Of a stretch of 64,000 nucleotides of DNA, positions 21,560-45,510 are shown one piece after another (position 1 is the first letter of the stretch; every line of letters begins with the position of its first letter). Below the pieces are notes generated by a model. That model made no database searches, was not told where the DNA came from, and worked only from the letters and a program-made list of their open reading frames with translations. A program made the translations under genes and the position numbers. Origin of the DNA: the human T2T-CHM13v2.0 reference genome, Homo sapiens; the NCBI RefSeq assembly GCF_009914755.1, contig NC_060925.1; one strand, written 5' to 3'.

Positions 21560-22375
21560 TGCTCCAGTGAATGACTGCCCAGAGTTACTTAAATTCAAGA
21601 TTAAGGGCAGGCACAGTCCTCCAGACTACCACGTCAGCCCAAGACTTCTGACATCATCATTTCAGGGGTCCCAGGGCCATTCTCAGACCAACCAGCTACA
21701 AATTCTGGGGTCTGAACTCCCTCACGTTCACTAGAATGATGCATAAAACTCAGGAAAGTGCTGTACTTACTATTAGAGTTTTGTTATAGCAAAAAGATAG
21801 AAACAGAACCAGCTCACAGAAGAGATGCAAAGGGAAGAATCTGGAATTGGGAGGTTTTCAAACAGAAAGCTTTTGTGTCCTCAGGAATGCAATCCCCTCT
21901 TTGCATCAATGTGTGACAACATGCAGGGCATTGCCAACCCAGGACACCCACCTAAACTTTGGTATCCAGCATTTTGATTGAGGCTTCATTATATAGCCAT
22001 GAATGATTGAATTACTGCTCATGTGGTTGATCTCAATCTTCAACAATGTACACACCCCCTCTCCCTCTCCCTGCCAAGATCTGGCTGATTTCAGTGGCCC
22101 AAAGTCCTAATCCTCTAATCATATGATTGGCCTTTCTGGCATGGTCAGCCTCCACCCTGAATCATTTCATTAGCACGAACTATATGGTGCCATCCAAAGG
22201 GTCCACTATAAGTCACCTCATTAGCATAAACTACCAGGTGTGGCCAAAAAAGCCCACCATGAGTAACAAAAACACTCTTATTACTCAGGAAATTTCAAGG
22301 GTTTAGAGGTTACCTCCCAGGTGGTGAGACAAAGACCAGACCTATCTTTGAGTATAGTTAATTCTTCATGACATA
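21560..22375 (-). mobile_element. MER21C/MER77-like LTR inserted in the L1
   Basis: AAACTCAGGAAAGTGCTGTACTTACTATTA, CTCATTAGCATAAACT and GGAAATTTCAAGGGTTTAGAGGTTACCTCCCAGG. Orientation is opposite to the element at 1-553. Confidence 0.7.
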
Positions 22376-23523
22376 TACAGATTTTAGGATATCGATCCAT
22401 CCTTGCATTCCAGGAATAATATGACATTATCTTTTTAAAACATGGCTAGATCTATTTTGCTAATAGTTAAAAGGACTTTGCACCTATGTTTGTGAATGAG
22501 CTTGGCTTATGATTTTTCTCTTATTGATCTTCCCTGGTTTTTAAATTAAAATTATACTGAACTCATAGAATGAGCTGGAGGGTGTTCTCTTTCTTTCTGT
22601 GTGCTGGAAGACTTTTTGTTAGATTGAAATATTTGTCTCATGGAAGTTTTGAGGAATTCACCTGTAAAACCCTCAGAGCCTGTGTGTTTTGTTGTGGCAA
22701 GATTTTTAATATTATTTCAATTTCTTTAATAATTGTAGGACTATTCAAGCTTTCTATCTCTTCTTGAGTCAGCATGATTATATTTTTCTAGAAATTTGTC
22801 TATTTCATCTAATTTTCAAATATATCAGCATAAAACTGTTTATTCCTTTATTTTTAAAATCTCTGCTGTATTTGTAGTTAAAAACCTTCTGCTGAGTTTG
22901 TAGTTAAATATTTGTGCCTTTTTTTTTTGATCAATATAGCACCAGAGATAGGTCTATTTTATTAGTCTTTTCAAAGGGCCAGCATATGGCTTTGTTGATT
23001 CTATCTACTGTATGGTATTATTCTCCCTATTAATTACCTGCTCTTTTTTTATTACCTTCTCCCTTTCCTTTATTTGGATTTATGTTTTTCCCCCATTACT
23101 TTGTTAGTTGAAGTTAACTTACTACTTTTCAGACTGTATTCTTTGCAAATATATGTATTTAAAACTATGCATTATAGCTTTCACTATAATATGCTAGTTC
23201 TAAATAATATTTTAAAAATTATTGTTCTGAGTATTTCTAGATTTGTATGATTTGAGCCATGATTTAGAATTCTGTTTTTAAATTTCAATACACAAGAACT
23301 TCATAATTTATCTTTTTTGCTATTGACTTCTACTTAATCACATTTTGTTTAAAAAATGTGATGGATGTGATACTAATTTTTTGAAATTTGTTGAGATGTG
23401 CTTTATGACCTCAGATCTGATTAATTTTTGTAACCATTCCATGTGTCCTTAAGAAGAATGGGCCGGGCACAGTGGCTCATGATTATAATCCCAGGACTTT
23501 GGGAGGCCGAGACAGGCAGATCA

Positions 23524-23784
<261 letters not shown>

Positions 23785-24183
23785 TTAGAGTTTTACATAT
23801 GTTCATTACATCAAAGTAGTTAATCAAATTTTTCAAATATATTTATTTATTCTTTTTTTTTTTTTTTGAGATGGAGTCTTGCTCTTGTCATCCAGGCTGG
23901 AGTGCAATGGCATGATCTAAGCCTTCTGAGTAGCCAGGATTACAGGTGCCTGCCACTATACTCGGCTAATTTTTTTGTATTTTTAGTAGAGATGGGGTTT
24001 CACCTTATTGGCCAGGCTGGTCTTGAACTCCTGACCTCTGGTGATCCACCCGCCTCAGCCTCCCGAAGTGCTGGGATTACAGGCATGAGCCACTGTGCCC
24101 GGCCTATTTATTGATTCTTTTTTGCTGCTTGACCTACTGATTATTGAGAAAAAAAATTGGTGGATTTGTCCATTTCTATTACT

Positions 24184-24505
24184 TTTTTTTTTTTTTTAAG
24201 ACAGATTCTCACTCTGTTGCCCAGGCTGGAGTGCAGTGGCACGATCTCGGCTCACCGCAGCCTCCACCTCCTGGTGAGGTGAAAGTTTGCCAGCTGGAAC
24301 CTTCCAGCAATTCTCCTGCCTCAGCCTCCCAGGTAGCTGGGATTACAGGCATGCACCACCACACTTGGCTAATTTTTGCATTTTTAGTAGAGGTGGGGTT
24401 TCACCATGTTGGCCAGGCTGGTCTCGAACTCCTGACCTCAGGTGATCTGCCAGCCTCAGCCTCCCAAAGTGCTAGTATTACAGGTGTGAGCCACCGTGCC
24501 CGACC
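24184..24505 (-). mobile_element. AluS with a ~27-nt non-consensus internal insertion
   Basis: TGAGGTGAAAGTTTGCCAGCTGGAACC (24275-24301) interrupts the consensus between CCTCCACCTCCTGG and TTC(C)AGCAATTCTCC. Confidence 0.9.
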
Positions 24506-26081
24506 TCTATTACTTTTTTATGTATATGGTGTGAGACATTTTTATTAGGTGCATATACATTTAGAATTATTATGTCTTCTTGGTGACACGAAAATTTCAT
24601 TTTCATATAGGAACCTTTTCTGTCTTAGAGTCCTTGTGTGTGTGTCATACTGATGTAGTTATGCCAGTTCTCTTTTGTTTAATATATTTTTGGTGTCTTT
24701 TCCCCACCTTTTGCTTTCAACTTTTCCATGTCCTTTTGCTTTAGATGGCTCCCTAACAGGGTTTATCCAAGGATGATAATGTCTGCTTTTTAACTCAATG
24801 AGTTTGACCCATTTATATTTTGGGGGACGATGAATACTGTGATACGTAAGTTTCCAACATCTCACTGTAGGGGATACTGGAAAGTATGAGCGTCAAGATC
24901 ATGTATCTTTTCCAGGAATCAAAGCACGTAGTGTGGCAATTCAGATATGTTGGTTGCCTTGACTCTTCTTCAACAGAATTAACAGTTTTGGATCTTGAGA
25001 AAATGTTATTTTCTGGCTAAGTATAGGGGTAAAATGAAATCTTTGGGAAATTAGTGAATTCTCATGATTTCTCAAAGCTTTTCTTGGGTAACTCCAAGAG
25101 GCAGCCTGGTGGAGTGAAAGCATGGACTCCAGTGCCCCATTCTCTAGCTGCGTGATTTGGAGTAAATTCCTTATCTCAGTGACTCTGTGTCTCCATCTTG
25201 AAATTGAGAATAATCACACCGGCCTGAGATTTTTTTACCATGTGAATGGAAGCACGTGGCACATAGCAGGGACTGAATGAATGTGCCCATGTCCGCTCTC
25301 CCTCCTCTTTCTAGGGCTGCGGCCTTGGTGATGTCAAGAACATTTTGTAAATATTACAAGTAAGATAAGGCATTGTGACTATTACTCGTTAAAATCACTT
25401 TGTTTCCTGACTTAGGTGATTCACTGCAACCCAGAGAAAGTTTTGTGTTGTGTTCTGGCTGGCGAAACTTCTGCAAACAACGAATGCTTCTTTTCATCAG
25501 CCTATTCTGCGTTGGTTGGTAGGATGTCAGTCTATAACCACATCAATTTCAGGTAATAACAAGTGTGTGAGCTTTCTGAAGCTTTTTGTTTACTTATTTG
25601 TTTTAGGGTTGTTCAAGTGTGACTCATGTAGTAGCACTGCATTCTTGAGAATTCACAGAGATCGAAACACAGATATGAAACAGGGCCAGAAAGAATAAGG
25701 CGTTCCCAATATATGAGAGTAAAAAAAAAGCACAAGAAAGCGAAAGCATTCAATGTCTGCATCCTGTATAGATGAGAAACTTAGCAGTATCCTCTTTTCT
25801 TTTTGGACCAATCATATGCTGATAAAACAGGGTCTCGCTGCTTTCCCCCCATTTTTAACATCTTCAAACATTCTGAGAGCCTACGGGAATAGAGGCAAAC
25901 AGGTTTGATGTGACTGGTCATTTGGCCAAAGGTATTTTACTCTGCGCTCAGCATTTTGTTTCGTTCATGCTCTCTAGCAGTTTGGAATCTAAAAAGGAAA
26001 GATTAGATAGAGGAAGTGTGAAAATGCATACGCAATGTGGGAAACCAGGCCATGAACTTGAGTTTTTAAATGCATGGTATA

Positions 26082-26634
<553 letters not shown>

Positions 26635-26725
26635 CTATCTCAGTCTAGGGCTTCTCAGCCAGCATGCAGGGTATATGGGCTTCAAATGGATGAAAAAGGT
26701 GCTGATCCCAGGTACCTGGCTGTGA

Positions 26726-27085
<360 letters not shown>

Positions 27086-27764
27086 AAACACTGCATTTTC
27101 TATGAAGGCCATGATATGACAGAGCTCAGAGGGCACTACCAGGCCCGATTCTCTGGGCCTGAGGGTGCGGCTGTCTCGGCAGTCGACTGTATTGATGTGG
27201 CAAGACAAGGTCCTTGTTAAGAGTTTGAATTTGGGCTTTAGACTTCAGAGGTTTTCGAGCTTTTACTGACTCTGTTGGCAGCACAAGTATTCAACACTGT
27301 GAGCACAACTAAGACCAAAAGCAACTGAAGTGATTTGTGCCTCTCCTAATATCAACAGTTAAAATACAATTTGAATTAAACATGTGAAAGATTCTTCTGT
27401 GTAAAATTTGTACTAGGGGCTAAGTTCCTACGCCCTTTGTCCATCTCTCAGCTAGAGTAAAAAGCTGCCACACCTTGAGATGGGTGATTTTGTGGAGTGG
27501 CTGACTTTGTGCTGCCCTGCCTGTCATATGACAAGTGGCTCTAGGGGTTTGGACTGAATGTGCTTGGTGGAATGAGTAAGCAGAATATTGGTCAGCACGG
27601 AAGGTGAGATGGGCACACCAGGGCTCCTGATGCTGATCTTTGTACTTTTGTGTATGTTTGACAATTTCCATAATTAAAAGTTTTTTTAAAATGTGCTTGG
27701 ATAATTAAAAGACTCGTATATAAAATAAAGCATGATATCCAATCATGATTAACTCTATTATTTA

Positions 27765-28467
<703 letters not shown>

Positions 28468-28559
28468 CAATAAGTCATGAGTTAAGTTTCACGGGTAGCT
28501 AGTTAATACCAATTAAAAATAGCAGCATTGGACATTTACATACTTGTACTTACATAAGA

Positions 28560-28760
28560 TAGGTACAAGGCAAATATTATCTCATAGAATTCTCACCACA
28601 ACCCAATGATATAGGTGCTTTATCACCCCCACTTTATGGATGAGGAGACTGAGGCACAAAGAGTAACCCGTCCAAGGCCACATAGCCAGTAAGTGACAGA
28701 ACCGGGATTCAAACCCAGGCCAACCCGCTCCCATGGTCCATGCTCTTAGACTAGATAGGG
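28560..28760 (-). mobile_element. MIR
   Basis: MIR core CCCCACTTTATGGATGAGGAGACTGAGGCACA...GGGATTCAAACCCAGG. Confidence 0.8.
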
Positions 28761-29059
28761 CTGTACCACAGTTTAGCTTTGCCCCTAGTATTTGGCCAAA
28801 ATTTGGTCTTCGGCTTTGGTGGTGGGAAGGGAGCCAGGTGCCGACCTCAGCACCGTTTTTGGCTTCTTTGAACTTGTGTGTACTGAAGTTTGCTGAAGCC
28901 ACCGCCGTAGTCAGCTTAATGTCAGGATCATAAATAAGAATACAATTAGGATATTGTGTTAATAATAGGTATATTCTCTTTCAAAATATAGGCAAGTATT
29001 TTAGACGCTGCTTGAAGAAAATATATTCTGTGTGCCCTTACCTTAAAATTCCGCCAGTC

Positions 29060-32570
<3,511 letters not shown>

Positions 32571-33365
32571 ATCACACTGCTTAGGGAAGATTTGGGGCCC
32601 ACATGCATTGATCAATCTAAAGACATGTGGAGAGTTCAGGTTATTTTCCAGGCACTGTGTTAGGCAGTGGGAACAAATGAGCAAGTGGGAGCTATCCCTC
32701 GTCAGAGCCCCTGCCCCAGCCATGGGCACCCCACAGGCCTAGGGCCCAGCCATACCAAAATATCAGAGACCTAAAAAATTGTAGTGTGATTATTTTCTAT
32801 TAAGTGTTTACTTAATAGAAAAACAACAACAAAAAACATCGCAGCTCTCCTGGCAAGATGGTGAAGGGGCAAGGCTGGAGTGACTCAGGGGCATCTTTCT
32901 CACCAGGACCTCACCACGTTGGAAATTGAGGTCCACCAACTTGCCTCCACTTTTTCACGAAGCCATCAGCAGACAAGCCATGATGAACTGGGCATGCTCA
33001 TGGAAAATCCACAGCTGTGAAAGCTATTTCTGGAGTTCACACTGTCAAGTTCAAAAATGAACTGGAAACAACCACAGAATCCACCTTGGGTAGGCTGAGG
33101 CCAACATTTATAAATCTGATGACTCAAGTTGTCCTTGGCCAGAATGTGCTGCACCCTGTGGAAGCAGGACACCTGATGCCTTTCCTACATGCATTCCAGG
33201 GACCTAAGGGAACTTCAAACAAGTCAGAGGTGTTGCGTTTGTTGACTGTCCTGGCCGTGATGTTTTGAGCTACTATGCTAACAGGGCCGCATTGACAGAT
33301 GCTGCTCTTCGTTGACAGCTGCTAATGAACTTTGTACTCAGCCTCAGACTTCTTCTGAACATCTA

Positions 33366-34250
<885 letters not shown>

Positions 34251-34539
34251 TTTTTAAAAAGAGGGTCTAGCTGGTGATAGTATTTGAAAATGGGTATTAA
34301 AATTGGGGAGGAGATTAAAGTCAGACCTGGTATTGTTCCGAAGGTAGTGAAGGAAAACTCATGTGTGAACCAATCTTTTCCAAAATTGTTTCACTTTTTG
34401 CAGAACACAATGACCTTCAGCATGCACCTCCAGGGAGTCTTATCGTAGTTGGAACAAAAATTGACCCAACATTGTGCTAACCTGACATAATGGTGGGGCA
34501 GGTGCTTGGTGCAGTTGGAGTTTTACCTGAGATCTTCAC

Positions 34540-35217
34540 TGATACGGTTTGGGTCTCTGTCCCCAGGAAATCTCAGGTTCAATTGCAATCCCCGATGTTG
34601 GAGGTGGGGCCTGATGGGAGGTGACTGGATCCTGGGGGCGGATTTCCTGCTGATTTCCCCGTTTGGTGCTGTTCTTGTGATAGAGTTCTCACGAGATCTG
34701 GTTGTTTAAAAGTGTGTGGCACCTCCCCACTCTCCTTCTTGCCCTTGCTCCAGCCATGTGACATGCCTGCTCCCTCTTCGCCTTCCACCATGATTGTAAG
34801 TTTCCTGAGGCCGCAGAACCGTGAGCCAGTTAAACCCCTTTTCTCTATAAATTACCCAGTCTCAGGTATTTCTCTTTTCTTTTTCTTTCTTTTTTTTTGG
34901 AGACAGAGTCTCGCTCTATGCCCCAGGCTGGAGTGCAGTAGCGTGATCTTGGCGCACTGCAACCTCCGCTGCCCGAGTTCAAGCGATTCTCATGCCTCCG
35001 TCTCCCAAGTAGTTGGGACTACAGGCGTGTGCCACCATGCCTGGTTAATTTGTGTATTTTTTATAGAGACAGGGTTTCACCATGTTGGCCAGGCTGGTCT
35101 CGAACTGACCTTAGGTGATCCGCCAGCCTCAGCCTCCCAAAGTTCTGGGATTACAGGCATGAGCCACTGCGCCAGGCCAGGTATTTCTTTATAGCTGTGC
35201 AAGAATGGACTAATATA
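34540..35217 (+). mobile_element. MSTA-like MaLR solo LTR inside the pseudogene, itself holding an antisense AluS (34874-35177)
   Basis: TGATACGGTTTGGGTCTCTGTCCCC...AGAATGGACTAATATA. The Alu TSD is CAGGTATTTCT (34863, 35178); the LTR TSD is degenerate (TTCAC/TTCCT). Confidence 0.85.
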
Positions 35218-35287
35218 TTCCTAGAACTGGAAATTACCTATTTTCTACTTGGACGGCTTCTAGGTGTATGCATAGAAGGAGAGACGA

Positions 35288-35588
<301 letters not shown>

Positions 35589-35976
35589 GGAGAGACAAAA
35601 AGGCAGCAGCTGTCTGAGAACTAAGTGCTCACACGGAACATAGGATCTCTATCCACAGAAGAAAGAGTTAGTGCAGTCAAGGCTGATGTGGGTAAAATAG
35701 TTCTCACTAATTCTGTGTACACAGAAGTAGAAGAAAATATTGCTTTTAGCCAAAGGGTTGAGAAACACGGGCGTTTCATTGGTTCAAGTCAGCTAGAAGA
35801 GGACTGACCATCAAGCTGATGGTCAGTTAAATAATATATTGGGTTGACGTCAGAATTTTTCTTATCAACCTAGGGGTATATTTTCAAAGCAATAATGGGG
35901 AATAAATTTCACAGCTCATTACTTTAGTAGAAACTGTTAGGTTATTCTCATATTTTGTGATAAAAATTTAACCTCT

Positions 35977-36843
<867 letters not shown>

Positions 36844-38377
36844 CTATTTATGGTATGTAACATGATGTCACTGTTCTTAGTTTATATTTTATAACTCAAA
36901 AATCTCACCGTACTGGAAAGCTGTCTGTAGTGATATACTTCCCTCCTTGCTCACATTCCCAAGTTTGCACAGTGATTGATGGGAAAGGCAAAGCTGATCA
37001 TAAATCATAGTTTGAACACCCCTCTAGGACCAAGACACTTTTCTCTCCCCTGGATCCGTGAGTTGCCAGTAGATGTCCTGATTTCGAAAGGGACCAGAGA
37101 AGAACTTGTGAATTAACAAGAAAAATGCATTGCACCTGGACAAACAACTCAACGCAGATGGCCTATAGAAGGGTCGGCCATGTTACGTTCCTATAGAGAG
37201 GCTAAACCATTGTTCAGAAAGCTCAGATGAACTGTTTACCATCTCCCCTGAGAATCAGACAAGAGGAAACTGGTTAAAATCACAACAGGAAGTTTACATT
37301 ATAGTTTTTTAAAGTCTGCTGACAGTGAGTGGTCCTGGATAATATTATTGTGGTTCTGGGAGGATATAAATGCTTTGGTACCTATCCCCTGATGACAGAG
37401 AGGCTCTAGCACGTACATCTTGTGTGGGCTCGAAGAGTGCTTTTAAGTTCAAAACTTCAAATAGATGGAAGAGAGAGATCCAAACCTCCATGAAACCTGT
37501 TTAGGAACCTGCATCTCAGATGGAAACTCGAACGACAACAGATACCTGAATATTTGCCTAAGCAAACTTGGCTACAGCATTCTGCCCATGCTTGGTGCTG
37601 CTTCTCCAAAAGGCGACTCTGGCGTGTGTTGGGCGTTACATCATTCTCTCCTTCAGGGGCTTAAATGATGAAATATCAAGAGAGGGAATTAAATATATGG
37701 GATTGGGGGCTGTGAGACATTTAGCGACGATGACCTTACTCAAGATGACATAAGGAAGCTTATTCACCCCGCCCTTCCTTGTTTGAACAGTGACTCGGCC
37801 ATGAGACTTGTTTTTAAAGCAACTAGAAATAGAATCTATCACTGTTTGCTATGATATCAAAAATGCGTGTCTTGGGCTGGGAAGTAGGAATACAACAAGG
37901 GAGTATGCTTTAAACCAGGCTGGAGTTTTGGAACATTTGCAGAAATAAATGTATATTCCAAAAGCAATGTCATCCTTTTTAGAACCCTTTCTTTGGGAAA
38001 CATTAAAATACAGGACCACCCAGAATGAGCCTTGAGTACCTCGGGTTCAGAGAGCTTCCTGGGTGAACATAAAGGCTGTTGCCTCTGCCCTCAGGGCACG
38101 TCCGAGGAGGAACCCTAAATAGCTTAGGGTCCCAATCCTGTCCTTTTATTCCCATCTAATGTCAACATAAGGTAAGCATGAGGATTTCTTTTGGTATAAC
38201 TGAATTACTCAGAAATCAGGAAAAACCAGTGAATCGATTAGGTATCAATTGAACTCCTGCTGCTACATATCTGTATCCAACCATGTGTAAGGCACCATGG
38301 GGGATCCAGAGGGACCCAGGACAGGATTCGTGCCTGCCTCCAAGGACTTTGATACAGCTAGAAGAGAAGAAAGGGAC

Positions 38378-39199
<822 letters not shown>

Positions 39200-39715
39200 T
39201 TAAGTAGCAGGAGAGCAGCGTGTCACAGGAAAATCAGACTGGCTGTAAATGTCCACGAATCTAAGGACCGTGGATGGGGGGGTCACATTGCCCGCGCAGG
39301 AGGCCACTGCAGGAATTCCAGTTTCTAGAGGTTTCTGGGAGCCTGCAGGAATGGTGAGGGACCTGGGCAAAATAGGGTTGGCTAGGAAGAAAGAGGAAGG
39401 GTAAGTTTGGGACACTGAACCCACTGATAATGGTGGGGTATGAAGGACGTGCCCTCTGCCAAGTAATCCTAAATATAGGTTTGGCATGGCCAAGCTGGAG
39501 GTGTGGATTTAGGAGTCACCATTCTGGCAGTGAAAAGTTAACATCAGGAGAATGGATGAGGACACTCAAATGAGAGCCTAAGAAGGACCCAGACATTCCT
39601 GCTTCCCTGCCTCCCTCTTCTCCCTCTCCCTCAGCCTAAACTCAGTCATCCAACAGAGATTTTATTGAGTATCTACTATATGCCAGGCAAGGTGTTAGAC
39701 AAAATTGAAGAAGGA

Positions 39716-40310
39716 GACGGGGTGCGGTGGCTCACGCTTGTAATCCCAGCACTTTTGGGGAGGCCAGGACCAGAGGATCACTTGAGCAAAAGAGTTCGAG
39801 ACCAGCCTGGGCAACATAGGAAGACTCGGTCTCTACAAATAATAAATAAATTAGCCGAGCATAGGTGCACACCTGGGGTCCCAACTACTCTGGAGGCTGA
39901 GTTGGGAGGATTGCTTGGGTCTGGGAGGTCAAGGCTGCAGTGAGCCATGACCCGCCACAGCACTTCAACCAGGGCGATAGAGCAAGACCCTGTCTCCAAA
40001 AAAAAAAAAAGATGAAGAAAGAGGAGGAGGAGTAACATGAAGATGAGAGAGAGGAAGAAGAAAGGAAGAAGGAGAGCAGGAGGGGGAGGAGGGAGCTCTT
40101 TCTTTCTTTCCTTTTTTTTTTTTTGTTTTTGAGACAAGGTCTGGCTCTATCCCCCAGGCTGGAGTGCCGTGGCAGATCATGGCTCACTGCAACCTCTGCC
40201 TCCTGGGCTAAAGCAATCCTCCCACCTCAGCCACCCAAGTAGATGAGACTACAGGTGCACACCACCACACCTGACTGGGATTATAGGCATGAGCCACTGC
40301 GTCTGGCCAC
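39716..40310. mobile_element. Tail-to-tail inverted AluJ pair separated by a GA-rich spacer (40011-40095)
   Basis: Plus-strand AluJ, purine tract, then a minus-strand AluJ with an internal deletion. Confidence 0.85.
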
Positions 40311-40930
40311 TCTCTTTTTCTTTCTCTTTTCGTATCTTTTCTGCATCATTTGAGAGGGATTTGAAGGCTCTGTGGCCCTCGAGACTTCAGTGTATATTTC
40401 CTAAGAATTAAGATATTCTCAGCTGATGATTTTTTGCTCTCTAAAGAAAGAAAATATTTTTTATTAAAATATATATATATTTATATATATTTTCTCAGCT
40501 GGGTGTTGTGGCTCATGCTTGTAATTCCCAATACTGAGGCAGGAGAATTGCTTGAGGCCAGGAGTTCAAGACCAGGCTGGGCAACATGGCGAGACCCCAT
40601 CTCTACAAAAATACAGAAAAATGAGCTGGGTGTGGTGGCACGTGCCTGTGGTCCCATGACTCGGGAGGCTGAAGTGGGAGGATCACTTTAGCTGGGGAGG
40701 TGGAGGTTGCAGTGAGTTGAGCACTCCAGCCTGGGCTACAGAGTGAAACGCTGTCAAAAAAAGAAAAAAGAAAAAAAAGATACTCTCTTATACATGCAGT
40801 ATAATGATCAAAATCAGGAAATCCAACATAAACAGAATGCCCTTATCCAGCCCACAATCCACACTTGAATTTCATCACCCGTCCCTGCAGCTTTCCTGGC
40901 GGGCCTGGGCCCTGATCCAGGATGGCCGAG

Positions 40931-40941
40931 TGCTGAGTCAT
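40931..40941 (-). promoter_or_regulatory. Consensus NRF2/NFE2/BACH antioxidant response element
   Basis: TGCTGAGTCAT on the plus strand is ATGACTCAGCA on the minus strand, an exact match. Function is untested. Confidence 0.4.
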
Positions 40942-41229
40942 GCACCCCTCTTCACCCGAAGCTCCTCCGCCCACACCTTGTACAGGCGCCTTCTTATCTC
41001 CCAGGTCCGAGTCTAACCGCAGCTCCCCACCTGCTCATCCTTACGGGGGCGGAGATGCGGTCTCACAGTGCCTGGCTCTGTAACTTCAAAGCACGTGTCC
41101 ACATCCTGGTCTGTCCTGTCCTCTCCACGAAAAGTGATCCCCAGGGTCAGGGTGTGCCTCGTTGCCACTGCAGGGACTGGGCATCCAGACCCTGCAGGGG
41201 GGACACTGGGATCACCATCGGCCTCTCTG

Positions 41230-43049
<1,820 letters not shown>

Positions 43050-43889
43050 TTAGAAGAGACAATGGAGAAGCAGCAATATGTTGAGCTGAATGGAGCAGGC
43101 TCAGGGCCCATGCTGAACGAGGGCTCCATTGCTGGGTCCTGTGCATAGTTTTCTGGGGAAGACAGTGGGCAGCAGCCTCGGAAGCCAAGCAGAAGACCAC
43201 CCATAATAGGAGCTGGGGGATTTTGCTAGGCGGAAAATGGAAGGTGAATAAAAAGATTGGCCAACACCAGCAGCTTGAGTCTATGATGGTGGGAGGGCCG
43301 GGCCCTGCGTCTCCCCGGAGCCTTCCGTGACTTGGGAATGGAGAGGGTGTCTGGAGGGGTCCCCGGCAGGAGCTTGGTGAACATGCAGCTGGGACAGGTT
43401 GGAAAGGGCTCTGTGGTGGAGAGAGGGTCGGGTACCCAGGATGGCCTTCCACATGGTAAGTCAGCATCCCTTGTTGATTTAGGAGGGAGTTCAGGCCCTC
43501 AGTAAACTAAGAGCGGTGACGACCCAGGGAAGGAGGGCCAAGGTCAGAACCTTTGGATGTGTGCCTGCGGGGAGTGGGGAGGAGAAAGGGCCCTGGAGCA
43601 AAGGGGCCAGAGGAGCGGGAAGGTGAGCATGACCCTGCTGCGCCCAGAGGCCCCAGGAGGTAGGGGTTTGCAGAGTCAGGCAACAGGGGTTCCTGGAGGA
43701 CAGGCCAGGCCACCCTGGTGATCGGGAGCCCGTGGGGGACTCCAGTTCTTTCAGTTGCCTGATGTCAAGGAATGAAGGACAGGGAGGAGGATGTCACATA
43801 GGCACTAGCTAACATTTAAAATGCAGGAAGCACAAAATGTGTCAACCAAACTGGTTTTTTCTTTCTGAGCTGTGAGGAACCGAGGCTGA

Positions 43890-44331
<442 letters not shown>

Positions 44332-45049
44332 CAGGGTAATCTTGATTGTCACCGGGACCCAAAGGTGGAATAATAACATGGACTTCCGAGAGTCTTGACA
44401 GGCTTCGCTAATTTGAATGGAATGCAGTCACTGGATGAGGGTACAGAGAATCCCTGAGCAGAATCCTGGGTGTTTGTTTCTTTCCTGTGGTCCTGCCCTG
44501 CCCAGGCCTCTGAGAAATGCAGAGCCTTTCCTCTCCCCATCCCTCCCTCTCCCTCAGAGGTGATTTTGAAAGGTCTCAGCTTCTTATGCATACCCCTTGG
44601 GGTCAGGAGGTAAGAAGCTTTTTTATTTTAGGCCTCTGGCGGAAGATTAATGGGACTGCCCCTGGCGAGGTGGCAGAGGGCAGGTCTGGCTGAGAGCTTG
44701 TGTTCAGGGGTTTGGGGAGGGGACACCGGGAAAGGAACGAGGGCCCCACTGCACATAGCACCCTTGCTGGGAAGGGTGAGGGCTGCAGACACTTGTAAGC
44801 CTGCTTGACTTTGAGGGGGACGTCTGGGTCTTCTGGGGCCAAGTCCTTGGAGAACTCTGGAGAGGCTCTGGGACCCCCAGGGCCCACGACGACGCAGTGC
44901 TCAGCTGAGAGGCCAGGGAAAGGGAGGTGGCTGCTGTACCCTAGAAACGAGACCCCTTCCTCTGTTCCAGTCTCTCGGATGAAGAGTTGGAGGGACAAAG
45001 CTACCTTATAGTGGCTGACATTGCCTCCCACCTTGTCCTGCAGGACACC

Positions 45050-45510
45050 AAAGCCAGATGACCTTTGATTTAGAAGCATAATGCGACAATTCTTGCACCT
45101 GAGTGCCGTGGGACCCATTCACTCCTTCCTGGCCCCAAGCAGCTGACGCAGGAGGCCTAAGTTTTAATTGATATAGACTTGAAATATTCAAAGAGCTAAG
45201 CTATCAAATCCATCTTGTTCTCTGCATTTTTCTTATAACACAGAGTATGCCCCAGTGTTGAATAACCATGCCGGGGACAGCAGGAAAGGGACTCACGGGT
45301 TGTGAATTTACATGTGACGTCAGAAAGGCTCTGTAGACAGGAGGCGGGATGTGCGCCTGGCCAGCACCCCCCACCCCGCCTCCATGCGCAGTGATTACAG
45401 GCTGGATGGCACGTAGTGAGCCAGGCGAGGTCACCTTTGCACAAGCGGAGTGACTTTTCCCCCAATCTCATACCAGTCTGGCAGCATGTATGAAAAGAAC
45501 GGTGAGAGAA
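45050..45510 (+). promoter_or_regulatory. Promoter/enhancer-like element ending in a splice donor
   Basis: TCF site CCTTTGAT 45062, full CRE TGACGTCA 45315, two oppositely oriented GC boxes (45340, 45375), HRE-like GCACGTA 45409, and donor ACG|GTGAGA at 45501/45502. Confidence 0.55.
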
